64,000 bases of DNA, taken from NCBI GenBank assembly GCA_905178155.1, contig CAJINV010000003.1:6415985-6479984 (forward strand), in the 5' to 3' direction. The position numbers and the translations under genes were made by a program. The notes under the pieces were generated by a model, which saw only the letters and a list, made by a program, of their open reading frames with translations, was not told the DNA's origin and did not search any database. This document shows positions 14,431 to 27,300 of the stretch, one piece after another (positions within the stretch are counted from its first letter, which is position 1; every line of letters starts with the position of its first letter). Source of the DNA: Amoebophrya sp. A120. Its lineage: Eukaryota > Protista > Dinoflagellata.

Positions 14431-17400
14431 ATGAGGGCTGGGCTTCTTTTTCCGTTGTTCGTGGGGCTCTGCTCGTTGCAGCATGTCGCTGTTTCGGCCG
14501 CCCCCGAGATTTTATCGAAGAGTATGATGACGTGCACAGCGTCACCGGGGGAGTTCTCCCAGCGGGATTGCAGCAAAGTCTTCGACTTTGCCGGCACCGT
14601 CGGCACACTGAGTTATTCCGACCCTTCGAGCACAGCAATCAAGACGAACGGCGCTACAGACGCTGCAAGCGGGGACCAGGACTTTTTTGAGGTCACTTTC
14701 AACCGTGGGGCGCTGTACTTGGACTATTTTAAGATCTGGCTCCCGACTACCGGGTTAGAGAGCGACGACGATCGGCTGCAAAAGCGGCAGCTATCCTGAG
14801 TCGAGACCTCCGCCCCACCTTCCGCTTACAGGCAAAATAGGAAGTACTCTGTGAGACAAATGCAAGAGTAGTTCCGAGAAATTTGCGTGGATGAAGACAG
14901 GTTCTTTGCTGGCTATAGCGCAGCGTAGCTGTAGTCTTGTTGCCTACTAGCTAGTCGAGCTGCACTAGGTAATATCCGCTCTCATGATTTCCAGATCAGC
15001 GCATGACACTACATGTCGGAAGTCGACTAAAAAGTGCCTCCCGTGCGGAGCCGCATTAGAGATCGATGTTCTGGGTTTGCGAATTATACGCAGGACAATT
15101 CTGGGGTGGGGGCTATGTATTAAGGATAGCAGCTGCAGTTTCTGATGGAAAACGACACGTACGTGCCCCTGGATACGCTCACGGCGAGCAATCCGGTGAG
15201 CACTGTGACTGCGGGCATACTGCCGGATATGATTGCGGGCAACGTCGTAGCAAAATGGAAGCTGTCGCTGTCGCTCCACGTCGTGTAGAGTTGCGGTGTA
15301 TTGTAAGTGGTAATTTCGTGTCTTTCAAAGAAATGATAATGACCGCTGGTACAACAACCTCTTCGCTAGAGCCTTTCTTGTAGCTATCACATGGAATATC
15401 CAACAGGAGCCGTGTCGAATCGACGTGCTGCTCCTTTTTCATGGATTGCATTCCGGTTTTTGCATGCCTCTTGAGATTTGCTGTTTCGGTGCTGAGGTGA
15501 GTTAGATGTCTTGGCCGCGTGTGACACTTCTGAGCGTAGGCGTACTATCTTGGGGTACTATCTTGAAACTAAGACGACGTCGACGGGGCGGGATGACTTT
15601 TCGCACAGGGATACGACGGAGTCGAAAAAACTGGCACGGATGGCGTCAAAGCGGAGGATAAAGACGGCACTACTGTGACCGTTGAACAGTGGGTCAAGGG
15701 CTTCAAGATCGGGGGTGAGAGTCGAACGAAGATCATCGCAATCGGGGGCTTGCAACTTTTCGTGGACGTATTGGTTGATTCCTAGTATTGAGTCCTGTGG
15801 TTGAGGATGCGTTTGAGGTGTGTTCTTTAGCACCACCTTGCTAATTCTTTCGTGGTTGAAGTCATCTCGTCGCAGGTGGTAGTAATGCCAGCAAGTGTGT
15901 TGGAATATGCATTTATGATCATAATGTCTTTCTTCGATGCAAAGGCAAACGTTGAAGCTGCGTGTCCTAAAAATCAAAGAAATGCAATTTGTGCAAGAAC
16001 GACAACACTTACAGTATGCGAAGACAAATCCTTCCGTGGTGGCTCTTTTGTCGCAAGCGCAGAAAATGACGACCCCCGAACTAAGCTGCAACACCACGTC
16101 GGGCGACACCGCAAACTGCGGCGTGGTTTTCAACAAGGACGATTCTACCAACACACAAACGGGAAACGGCACGGATTCCACGGTGTACACGACCTCCGGT
16201 GGCGGAAATGACTATTTCGACGTAACCTTCGACGACGGGGCTATCTGGTTAGAGAGTTTCAAGATTTGGCGCTCGGCGGGGACCGTATCAAAAGGAAAAA
16301 TCCTCCCTTCCTGTATTGAAAACGCATCCGCCTGAAAATTTGTGGTGCAGATTGGTGACGACAAGCCCCTGTCTGTCTTGCAAGAATGCAAATCCAGAGC
16401 GTTCGCCGCATTATGCGGGCGGTTTGTGATGCTGTTGGGCTAACAGTGTCGACATTTGTCACGCTAGGGGCCTACGTCAAAACCTCGCGGCTCAGGCTTG
16501 GCATATGCCTGCAGTCCTGTACTGCAAGACAAATCAGATTTGTGCACGGAAATTAATTGAGCATCAGAAATTTTGTTTTGATATGGGGAGGGGGGATTTT
16601 TCACCACAAGAGACCGCGACGGATTCCTCGTTGCAGAACCGCACACTGCAACTCATCATCCCGGGCGATCCGAGCGACACCTACGAGGACTGCGATGCCT
16701 GCACGGCAGAAAATCCAATTCAGACGACCGCATTGGCCGGGAGGTTGCCGTTGAACATTGTGAACGCTCAGGATGACCTCGACGGTGCGGTAGATGCAGA
16801 GGGGACAGTGATAAATGTTTATCATACAGCAACTTGTGAAGTTCAGAGTCACAGAACTAGTAGGCTTTTCTCATGCAGTTGTTTCGAATGCGAATGATGC
16901 GCTGACTCAGGCAGAACTTATTTCGTAAGAGTTGTCACGGGTAGGCATTGATTTTTAGCGGTCTAGTCCTATGTGTCGCAGGCGGTTTTCATCACTCGTG
17001 GTGATGAGTTACTGCGTATCGTATGGTCAGCGGCTGTTGACTCAGGCCTTGGTAGTTTCACGGAACAGCTGCGGGAAGTATGTGAAGGGGATCCGCATCG
17101 GTGGCGACGACCCCACCATGAAAGTCGAGATTGGGGGATTGCAGCTTTTTCGCCGGGTACTTAAGCAATATTTTTTCTCAGGAGGCGGAGTTGATTGACT
17201 AAAGTAGATTACACCAATGGCATTGCTAATGCTCACACTGTGAATGAAGAGAAAGATGATGACCTGAGTCAGCATTCGATATTGTTTCAATTCGAAAACT
17301 ACTTATTAATGCAACAACAGTACGACAAGGGACGGCCGTCGGATGCGGCCAAGCGCATTGAGCAAGCGAATCTCGTGGCGAGCTTTGTCCGGGCGGGGTT

Positions 17401-17542
17401 GAAGGCCTTGATGAACTGCAATACGAACTGCCCAGATGGCATGACCCAGATTAATGCGACGAGCGAAGAGGCCTTTTGCAGCAAGATGCAGGCTATGCAT
17501 TGCAAATATGTCGTCCGGGTCTGGGAGAGTGCAGAAGTTTGA
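14431..17542 (+). CDS. Secreted protein with two tandem homologous beta-rich (discoidin/galactose-binding-like) domains; about 7 exons, several non-canonical introns
   Basis: Signal peptide MRAGLLFPLFVGLCSLQHVAVSA; repeat pairs DFFEVTFNRGALYLDYFKIW / DYFDVTFDDGAIWLESFKIW and WVKGFKIGG..IGGLQLF / YVKGIRIGG..IGGLQLF; the fold is an inference. Confidence 0.6.
14792..15128. mobile_element. Introner (TAT...ATA, TSD GCAGC)
   Basis: GCAGC at 14787-14791 and 15129-15133; ends TATCCT / AGGATA; removal gives LQKRQLQFL, matching LQNRTLQLI in the paralogous domain. Confidence 0.75.
16286..16611. mobile_element. Introner (TAT...AGA, TSD GACCG), homologous to 62313-62618 in opposite orientation
   Basis: GACCG at 16281-16285 and 16612-16616; degenerate TIR gaaaaatcc / ggatttttc; removal is in frame (SAGTATDSSLQ). 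Confidence 0.75.
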
Positions 17543-18811
17543 TATGCAGATTTCGCATGGCCCAGAGAATCTGGCTCGGGAATGTGAGGCCTAACATGTT
17601 GACAAGTTTTGTGAGGGCTTCGCAGTGGCCAGTTCGCTTGGGAAATCCTCTCTCAAGGTGTCCAAAAGTGAACGGCTTTTCCAACTTTTGTACTTATGGT
17701 TATGACAGGCAGCACGGTGGAGCATCACAAATTTGCATTCTTCCAGACCCAGACACATTTGCATCCGATACAGGTGGGACTGGCCCAGGGCTTCATCGAC
17801 AGCATGCGGTGAGCAAAAACGATAAAAAAAATGTCGTTGGAGACGTCCGCACTTCGTCTCCCCGCTGTCATGATAATTGATCGTGATCATTAATGTAGAC
17901 AACGAACGTAATACCTTTACCTTTCGAAAAGTCATTTTTGTATATCCCTGGGAAAAACGGCAGCGCAGCGCTGGGAATTTTTTTACTGATCAAGTTTCTC
18001 TCTAGTATTTCTATTCTGGAAATTTTTCGTTTCGTAGAAACAAATGGAATGTAGAATTTATCAAGGATGAAGAAGGTACACACACATAATGACGCGGTCC
18101 GCCTGGGTTTTTATTCAATTCAAAAGGAAAAGAAAAAGCGAAAAGAGAGAGCACAGAACCGCACTCAATGGATATCGTGTCTGGCAATTCTGATTATCAA
18201 ATAATCACGCAACAAACGCATCGCGCGAATGGCAACTTTGAGGCCCCCGCTAATCAATGGAATTTACTCACTTCGTGCTACGGGGCGAACGTGGAGCACG
18301 AATACACAAGCGCAAAGCCGATTCGGATTATCGTGTGTTTTGCTGTAATGGTGCCGATGAAAGAGCTAGACTAGTAGATCCTGTAGATCCAGCAACAGTA
18401 CTTACAGCAAGACAAGAGACGAGTTTTTTTTATGAAAAACAAAGAGGAGAAAAAGACACACGGTCCAATTGCACAAGCGCAGTGTCGATCTAGCGAATTC
18501 ATCTCGAGCCCATGTGAATGTGTCGTGTAGATCCTTATGAATATCGAAATCATACGGAATGGTCATGATGATCCAATTGATCTGTTGATAAGAAGAAGAT
18601 CTAAATCCATCTGTACATCGTGCTCATAAAAAGTTGAGTAGTCTCTACATTTCTCGCAGGGAAAGATGAGATGTGAGTAAAGAATGGAAGGGCCACAGAC
18701 ATCAGTAATGATAGAAGGTTTGTCGACTCTCGTATGACTCACTCACAGTAGCAAGAACACGTGTGCGCGCCACTATTTGTGTGTCGTTGTGACGACTGTT
18801 ATTTTTTTACG

Positions 18812-20326
18812 ATGGAGGGTGGCCTCTGTTTCGCCGTCGATACGGATCCCTGTGGAAGGATAAGTACGAAGGTCGAGCGGAAAACCAGCAAGCCTTCATC
18901 TGCGTCTGTGACCACGTCGGACGTGGCTGCAAATCCAAATGTCCCGGCGGAAAGCCACGCGCGCGTGCGGGACGAGAAGGGGCGGCCGGGCGAGGTGGCG
19001 AGCAGCACGTCAACTACGCCCGAGCGGTACCCTTTTCTGGAAAGATTGCAGGTTGTGAAAAGCCAGCTGCTAGAGACACGGGCTCGACAGGATCGGTATT
19101 TTGCGACCTCCTGCCCAGAATTGGGCAGACCGTGCTTCGTTTGCGGGCAGATCGGACATACCAAGAAGGATTGCCCGAAGCGACACCGGAACAACGCATC
19201 AGAGTCCAAAGCAGGCGGGCAGAATAAGATGAAATTATGCAGCGAAGAGAACAAAACGGCGGCTGGCTGCACTAAAGTAGAACCAGCGCGAGTGCTCACG
19301 GAGGATCTACTTCCCGAGAAGAAGAGAAGACGGAAGAGTAATTCCGGTGCTGTTGTTCCAACAGCAGCAAAAGCACGACTCAGCAATCGCGCCGAGGGTC
19401 GATACCCAGCGCTCCTTCAGGACGACGGGTCGATGCCCATCGAGTTACCTGCCTCGCTTGGAAAGATGTGGGCGGCTTTGCGGGCCGCGGGCTCGACTCG
19501 TGGGCAACAAAATGAACCTGGTCTTGAACAAACAGACGAGGGAAATGCAGCGAGTAAGAAAAGTAGCAAGAAGAGAAAGAAGCACCACCGCGAAGACGCG
19601 TTGTACCGCGAGCTAGAACTGACACGAGATGAAAAAAAACAGCTGCTGACGATTCCAGTTGAGCTTGCAGGAGGTGACACCAAAATAAATGCGGCGCCAT
19701 CAATACTAGAATCTCAGGCAACTGCACCACAAGACCGTTTTTCCCTAGAATTGTGGTCCGCTGCGGAGCGGACCGAGCTACTCTGCTCGGCTCCCTCTGA
19801 TCACCCCGATTCAATGGCCGTGGATCCGCTGGAGCGGCGCTGCCTGGTTTGCGGCGACCTGGGACACGGACTGGGTCTGGAGAAATGCCCACGGGTGGCC
19901 GAGGAGCGGCGTCGCAAGTACGAAGAAACGCAAGCCTACTACCGAGCCATACGGGAGCGGGAGGCGGCGAACTCCACTTCGTGGGACCAAGAATCCTGGG
20001 ACAATTGGTATTGGGACGATGCAGCGGGTGTGTGGAAAGAAAAATCAAACAACAAAGGGAACAATGCTGCGCGAAACGAAAAAAGCAGACAAGAAGAGCG
20101 ACCACAATCTGTTTGGGAGGGTTGTTCCGGAGAACGAGCTTTTGGATCGGGATCTCGCAGAAGTTCGAAGAAGAGAGCGGGCTCGCCTCATGCCGATCAG
20201 GCAGATTTTGCTACGCACCGGCATCGGAATTCATCTTCCTCGATAGGAAATCAAGAAAAAAAAGCCTCTAGTCCCGCAAAATCAGGGAAAAAAAAGAAGT
20301 CTTCCAAAAAACAAAAAGCGGCATGA
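18812..20326 (+). CDS. CCHC zinc-knuckle protein, Lys-rich, intronless
   Basis: CFVCGQIGHTKKDC (C-X2-C-X4-H-X4-C) and variant CLVCGDLGHGLGLEKC; several basic NLS-like runs. Confidence 0.7.
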   Translation: MEGGLCFAVDTDPCGRISTKVERKTSKPSSASVTTSDVAANPNVPAESHARVRDEKGRPGEVASSTSTTPERYPFLERLQVVKSQLLETRARQDRYFATSCPELGRPCFVCGQIGHTKKDCPKRHRNNASESKAGGQNKMKLCSEENKTAAGCTKVEPARVLTEDLLPEKKRRRKSNSGAVVPTAAKARLSNRAEGRYPALLQDDGSMPIELPASLGKMWAALRAAGSTRGQQNEPGLEQTDEGNAASKKSSKKRKKHHREDALYRELELTRDEKKQLLTIPVELAGGDTKINAAPSILESQATAPQDRFSLELWSAAERTELLCSAPSDHPDSMAVDPLERRCLVCGDLGHGLGLEKCPRVAEERRRKYEETQAYYRAIREREAANSTSWDQESWDNWYWDDAAGVWKEKSNNKGNNAARNEKSRQEERPQSVWEGCSGERAFGSGSRRSSKKRAGSPHADQADFATHRHRNSSSSIGNQEKKASSPAKSGKKKKSSKKQKAA

Positions 20327-21300
20327 GGCATCTTTAGCGACATACTTGCGTAGTTCTTCGACAGGTTTTTACCAGCGACATGATTTTGCTATCAGATCTG
20401 GAATAATTTCGCAGGAATTGCAAGCAAGTGCCGGGGTAAGTATTTATTTTAGTCTGACCGACTCGGACACCTGTATGATAGAGCCCCCCACTCGAAAATG
20501 AAAAGCAATGGCTGTCGTTCGTCGCAAAAAGTTTCACGTGTTCCAATTTTCGTCCTGGTATAAACAGAATTTTCTTGGTAGTTCTAGTTGTGCATGATCA
20601 TCACTGCAACCCACATCAGCAAGTTCAAAGACGAGAGAACGCGTTGGTTAAGCTTGTAGATGCTTGTGCTTTATTTGCTCGGAGTATCGTCATCGAAATA
20701 CGTCACGTTGAAAATTGTGAGGCCCGACTTGGGGTCCTTTGCAGCCGTCTTTCTCGTTTACGTTTAGAACTGAACCCGACAGCACCTTGCTTCTCGAAAA
20801 AATAGTGCCGTTGAAAAAAACCCTGATACTGATTGCCGCACCATATTATCCCGATAGAAGTTACAACACGCGCTACGTAAAAAAATTGTTTCCCCTGATA
20901 ACCAATGCGCTACGTGAAAATTCGTTTGCCGACAACCTCCCGAATTTGTAGAAACCCAGCCCCCTGGTAACGAAATTCATTTTTAGATAAGTACTAATTT
21001 GGAGCATCGGAAGTTCTCCAAGAGCAAGGCAGAGTTTACTTCTCAAGGGACGTTGGTTCGCGACTATCTCCTAAGCTACGTGGCAATTATTTGCTTCAAT
21101 CTACACAATCATTCAATATACACAATCCAAAAAAAACTGCGCTCTAGACAGGCAGAGCGGTCTTTTTTTTTCCCCGGTAGGGAATGCGAGTTGAGAAGGT
21201 ACGAAGCTCAAGACTACGAGGAAACGCCTGGAAAAACAAGTGGCTGTCAAAAAAAGTACTCCGTATCCAGTGGTAGACGAACACGTAGCCAACTACAAAG

Positions 21301-24300
21301 ATGCCGGACGAAAAGGCTGCGGCCGATGCATTCAAGCCGGATGCTTGGGTGCACGACAAGGTGTACAACATCTTCGGCTTCCCGAAGGCCAAGAAGGACA
21401 AGGCCATGCAAGCATTGGATGACGACACCAAGACGGAGGTGAAGACGTTCTGTGACAAGGAGGAAATCAATTTCTTGGTCTTCTCCTCCGCGGCGGAGGG
21501 CGTGTGGACGGCGACTAGCGAGTTACCGGATATTACGAAGCTGAAGAAGAAGATCCTTTTCGTGCACAAAGTATACATTCATGTTGTACAGTTTGCGGGT
21601 GTACTAAGTTAGTGCATCATCGTCATTGATTTGGGCTCGTTGCATTTTTGCATCGATGTTGAGCGTGACAGAGAGCGAGAATCTTTCCCTCCAGTTTCGG
21701 AGACGGAAACCATAACCAAGCGATTGAAAAATTCTTCACAGTGCGGCTCTGGGAAAATCACCAAGGACAATCTGTACGACCGGGTGCTGTTCATGGAAGC
21801 CACGAAAGACCTGATGTCGATGTTGAACAACTACTGCCACCACATCTACCTGTCTACGCTTTCGAACCCGGCAAACCAGACGGGCTGGAGTGACCTGATC
21901 AGCAAAGACCTCATGGACAAGTACCACGTCTTTCTTGCGAACCTCCACGTCACGTGCGGTTTGATGATGGGAAAAACACTGCTCCCGCTGCCCCCGAAAG
22001 AGGCCACAAACGAACGTGCCTCCTCAACGAACAAGGATCGCGTGCACATCCTGGAGTCCGCTGTCATCACCTGGACGAAGCAAATCTCGCACGTGTTGAA
22101 GCAAGATCCGGAGGTGCTGCTGAAAACGGGGAACCCAGGACCACAGGTGGAACTGGAGTTCTGGCGCAACAAAGCGAGCAACCTGAACGTGATCTATGTA
22201 AGATAAAGTTGAAAAGTACAGGGCAACAAATTTCCTGATTTGTTGCCCCATACGGTAGAATATCTTCTCCCGCACCCGCAAAAGCAAATGAATGGCGCAG
22301 GACTTGTGTGGTCAGCTCGAAGTTTAATGTTGGGCCAAATGAATAAAGCAACAGGTGCATGGTCCAGTGTGATTAAATTCGTTGATGACTTCGCGGGTGC
22401 GGGTAATTTGTTCACTTGCATACTAATCATGCCCAGCTCCAGTCCGAACAGCTGAAGAAGGTGTTAAAGTTCCTGGAGCAGAACAAATCAACGTACACGC
22501 AGCCCTTCTCGAGACTGCAAAAGGAGGTCGAGCAGGCACGGGACGAGGCGATCGACAACGATCATTTCTTGAAAACGCTTGTCCCCTTCTTCGACGTTCT
22601 AACGAACGACGGCGCGGACTACGAGAAGCTGCCGAACTGTTTTGACGGGTTGCTGCACACTATCTTGCTCGTCTGGAAATACTCGAAGTACTACAACACC
22701 CCGGGGAGACTGGTCGTGTTGATCCGCGAGGTTTGCAACGTGATCATCAACCAATCGCTGAAGTACATTAACGGGCCGCAAATCTTCACCCTGATCCAAA
22801 ACGAAGAAGCGAAAGAGGCAGTCGACAAATTGGAAAGGACCCTCGCGATCTGCACGGAGTTCAAGGATCGGTACGCCATGTACAAGGACATCGCGGAGCA
22901 GCAGCCGAACGGCGGGTGGAAGATCCAGTCCAACGCCTTGTTCGTGCGGTTGGACGCCTTCCGCGAGCGCTGCAGGGACATTTTGGATTTCACGAAGACG
23001 ATCGTGCAATTTATCAAACTGGAGCGGATCGATATCGGCGGCACGAAGGGAAAGTTGCTCACGCAGGCGATTGTCAACATTTACGACGAGTTCCAGCGTG
23101 CGGTGGCGAAGTTTCAGTCAGTGGATTACGACATCATGGACATTGGTGAGATGCGGTTCGACGACGACTTTTTTGCCTTCCGCATGGCCATCCGGGAGTT
23201 GGACCGAAGAATGGCAACCGTGCTCGGGCTTGGGTTCGACGACCTGGACTCTGTCGCGGGTCGGGCGAAGCTCTTCGACGGATTTGAGGGCCTGCTGGAG
23301 CGGCCGATTTTGGAGGACGAACTCGAGAAAAAGTACACGGTGATGTTGACGACGGTGAAAGGAGATCTGAAGGTGTGCAAGACGCTTTTCAGCCAGAACA
23401 AGACGCAAATCGACCTCGTGTCCGACATCGCGCCGCTCTTCCTCAACTTTCCGCCGGTCGCCGGTGCCATCTACTGGGTTCGCGCGCTGAAGCAGAGGAT
23501 CGACATGCCAATGAGCAAGTTGTTGGTTTTCAACAAGTTGGTCCGGGAGAAGCCGGAAGAGTACCGGGAGGTCGAGAAACTGTACAACCAGCTTTCCGAG
23601 CTCTTTGACGACTACGAAACGAAGAAGTACAAGGAGTGGAAAGCGACGCAGGTCGAGCCGACGAAGGAGAAGTTGAAGATGCGGCTGCTGCGGCGGATGG
23701 AAAAGACTGGGTTGCTGAAGGTGAACTTTGACCCGGCTCTGGTCAGGCTGCTACGGGAGACGCGGTACTTCCTCCTGTTTGGACTAGAAGTGCCTGACAC
23801 CGCGTTGAACATCTTCTCGCGCGCGGACGTGTACCGCACCTGGTGCGGCCAGTTCGATATCGTGGTCGGAAAGTACAACGCGGTCTTAACCGAGCTACTA
23901 CCGGTGGAAGAACCGCTGTTGGAGGACAAGATTGTCCGCATGGACAGTGCACTGAGCCCCGGCCTGACCGACCTGAGGTGGAAGTCGGAGGAAAAGATTC
24001 CGGCCCTGATAAAATCCGTCACCGACGTCGTGGGCGAGGTGAGCGACATTGTGGACGCGATCAAGGGAAATCTGAAGAAGATCTCCGCGATTATCGAGCA
24101 ATGGTGCCAGTCACCGTTGTTGGAAAGAAAAGCGAAACCGATGGCGGTGGACGAGTTCGATTTGGCGCACAAGGCCAACGTCGGAACCCGGTTGCACATG
24201 ATGGGCGAGGCGGGCAAGGAGATCCATAAGTTCCTGAAGGATTCCAACGAGGCACTGAAGGTGGCGAAGTCCAGCAACATCTGGAAGAACTATGTCGATT

Positions 24301-27300
24301 TCGTGAACAACATCATGATCGAGGGCTTCGTCTCGGTGATCGCGGTCTCTTTGCAGTACCTGTGCGAAATCTTGGACCCGCTGATTATTTCCCGGCACGA
24401 CGTCCAGCCCCTGTTCGACATCAAAATCGAACTTGACCCGAGCAGCGGCGAGATCGTGTTCGACCCGCCATTTGCGCCCAAGGAAAAAGACGGCGTTGCG
24501 CTCCGGGGCACAATCAACGGCTGGCTCAAGGACTTCTTCGCCATGGCGGCGGTGACGATGCCGCGCTTGGATACGGGTACCGGGGATTATTTGAACGAGA
24601 TGAAGGAACACTTTCAGATGCAATGCCTGTTGTCCCTTGTCTTTGAACTGATCGACAACACGGAGATGAAGTGCATCGATTACCGGCAGACGTTCATGCA
24701 GCACAGCTTTTTGTGGAAGGAGTCTTTGGAGGAGACCTTCGCCGACTTTTTGCTGGACGGCGCGAAGGACTTGGTGAACCCGGAAGTCGAGGACGGCATG
24801 GACTTTCACACTCTGATGGACACGGCCGGAATTGATATGGGTCCCAAGATCCCGCCCTTCGAGCGGTTCGATGAGCAGATCACGCGGTTCAAGCGTCTGA
24901 AAGAGGAAATTGCGGGGACCAAGACCCCCGTGGACATCCACTGGCTGCGGATCAATTCTCAGCCCGTGAAGATCAATTTGGTGCAGTACGTCGCAAAGTG
25001 GGAGGAGAAGTATTCGATGTACCTCCACAGCTACGTCGAGCAAAGAATCGTGCAGTTGATGGGTTTCATCAACAACGTGCAAAAGGGTTTGACCGAGATC
25101 TCGCCGGCGGACGACCCGGAAAATTCCAAACTTCTGTACCAGACCATGACGCACATCCGCGATGTAAAATTTTTGCAAGGCCCACTGAAAACACTCTTCG
25201 AACCCATCCGCCAGGGGTGCAACCTGTTGCGCAAGCACGGCGTCCCGGTTGCCGAGGAACACTTGATCGAGCTGGAGGCGGCGCCGGCCAGATGGGAGGA
25301 GGTGATTCGTGCCGCGTTCGACGAACGTGAGCGGATTTTGCCCTTGCAAAACGTCGAGATGCTGAAGATCCGTCACACCATTGATTCCTTTGGCTCCACC
25401 GTCGGCGACTTTCGTACCCAGTTCCGGGCGGAGTGCCCGTTCGACCACGGCCGGTTCTTGGATTTGCCGATTCCGGAGGAGCTGCAGGCGGAGATCGATG
25501 AGGCAGCCAACTCGCAGGACGCGCAAAAGTTGATTGACGCGTTTGAGTCGGAAGGCTACGACCGCGCTTACCAAACGCTAGATGACTATTACGTGAAGAC
25601 GCACGAGATCCAGAAGACCGCGAAGGAGTACAATAACTTGGAGATTTTGTTCGACATCTCGGTGTCGAACTACAGAAGCCTGAAGGAGTCGCTGGACGAT
25701 CTTGGCTTGTTGAAGAACTTGTGGGATACGATTTCTATGATAAAGACCACCTTCAAGGAGTGGAACACCACACTGTGGGATAAGATCAACACGGACGATT
25801 TGATGCAGCGAGTGAAAGAATTCCAGATGCAGATGAAGGTGATGCCGAAGGGTATGCGCACCTGGCCGCTGTACAACTGGCTCGTCGATCAGGTGAAGAA
25901 CATGGCGACGGTGCTTCCCTTGATTAACGACCTGCGTTCCGACACCATGCGAGACAGGCACTGGACTATGATTATGGCGGTTACGGGTAAGCACTTCGAG
26001 AAGGGCCCGAACTTCTGCTTCCGCGACTTGCTCGTTTTGAACTTGCACCATTTCGCCGATGACGTGTCCGAAATCGTGGATCAGTCCGCAAAGGAGGCCA
26101 AGATTGACAAGAAGTTGACCATCATCCGTAACACGTGGAGCAAAATGGAGATGCGGTTCAACATGTCCAACCCGGATGTGCCGCTGTTGGAGGAGTTAGG
26201 CGAGACTGTCGAGATTTTGGAGGCCCACAGTTTGGAAATGGTCGGCATGACGTCCCAGGGTCGTTTCATCGAGTTCTGTCAAGCGGTGGTGGACGAGTGG
26301 TCCGCGAAATTGAGAACCATCGATGCTGTCGTGGACATCTGGCAAAAGGTGCAGCTGAATTGGTCGCGGTTGGAGCCCATTTTTATGCAGTCCGACGATA
26401 TCCGATCGCAGCTGCCAGACGAGTCGAAAAGATTCGAGGCGGTCGATGGAAAATGGAAGGAGTTGATGTTAGACGCGTCCCAATCCACCATGCTGGTCGA
26501 GATCTGCTGCGCAGAGGGACGGCTGGATGCTCTGCGCGAGATCCACGACACAATCGAGACGTGCGAGAAGGCTCTGAACGATTACCTCGAACAGAAGAAG
26601 AAAGCGTTCCCGCGCTTCTACTTTGTGGCGAACCAGGCGCTGCTGGATATTCTCTCGAACGGTAACCGCCCCCTAAAGGTTGCAGCGTATTTGGGTGATG
26701 TATTCGACGCCACCAAGACCTTGGACTTTTCGAAGTCTCCCGATGACGGCAAGATCGGTTGCGGTATGGTCGCGAAGGATGGTGAGTATGTGGCGTTCCA
26801 TGAAGATTTCACCCTTACCGGTGCTGTGGAGACGTACCTCTACAACCTGGAAGGTCATGTGAGATTAGTGTTGCGCGATCAGATGGAAGTTGCCCGCGGC
26901 ACCGCGGAGAACTGGGAGATCGACAATCCCCGAGAATTCTGGCTGGAACCGTACTGCGCACAAATAGCGCTCCTGATCACGATGATGGTGTGGACCGAGG
27001 AGACCGGTCGCGCGTTTGAGGAGATCGAAGCGGGAAGTGAGACCGCGATGAAGGATTACAAACGCGTTTGCGACGACCGGATTGAGAAGTTTATTATTCG
27101 TGTGCAGACCGACTTGTCTCCCGAACTCCGCGTGAAGATCATCACTGTGATTACCATCGATGTGCACGGCCGGGATGTCGTCGAGGGCTTCGTAAACAAG
27201 AAGATCATGGACGCCGCGGCCTTCGCGTGGCAGTCGCAGTTGAAGTTCTACATGGGACCAAAACCGCAGAACCCGCCGAGTCTGGTCAGTCTCACTCCGG

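Noticed and set aside
15242-15608. ACGTCG direct repeat as an introner TSD, implying TGA readthrough at 15594
   Set aside because: No TAT...ATA ends or TIR; the canonical GT-AG intron 15247-15608 is in frame and removes the TGA
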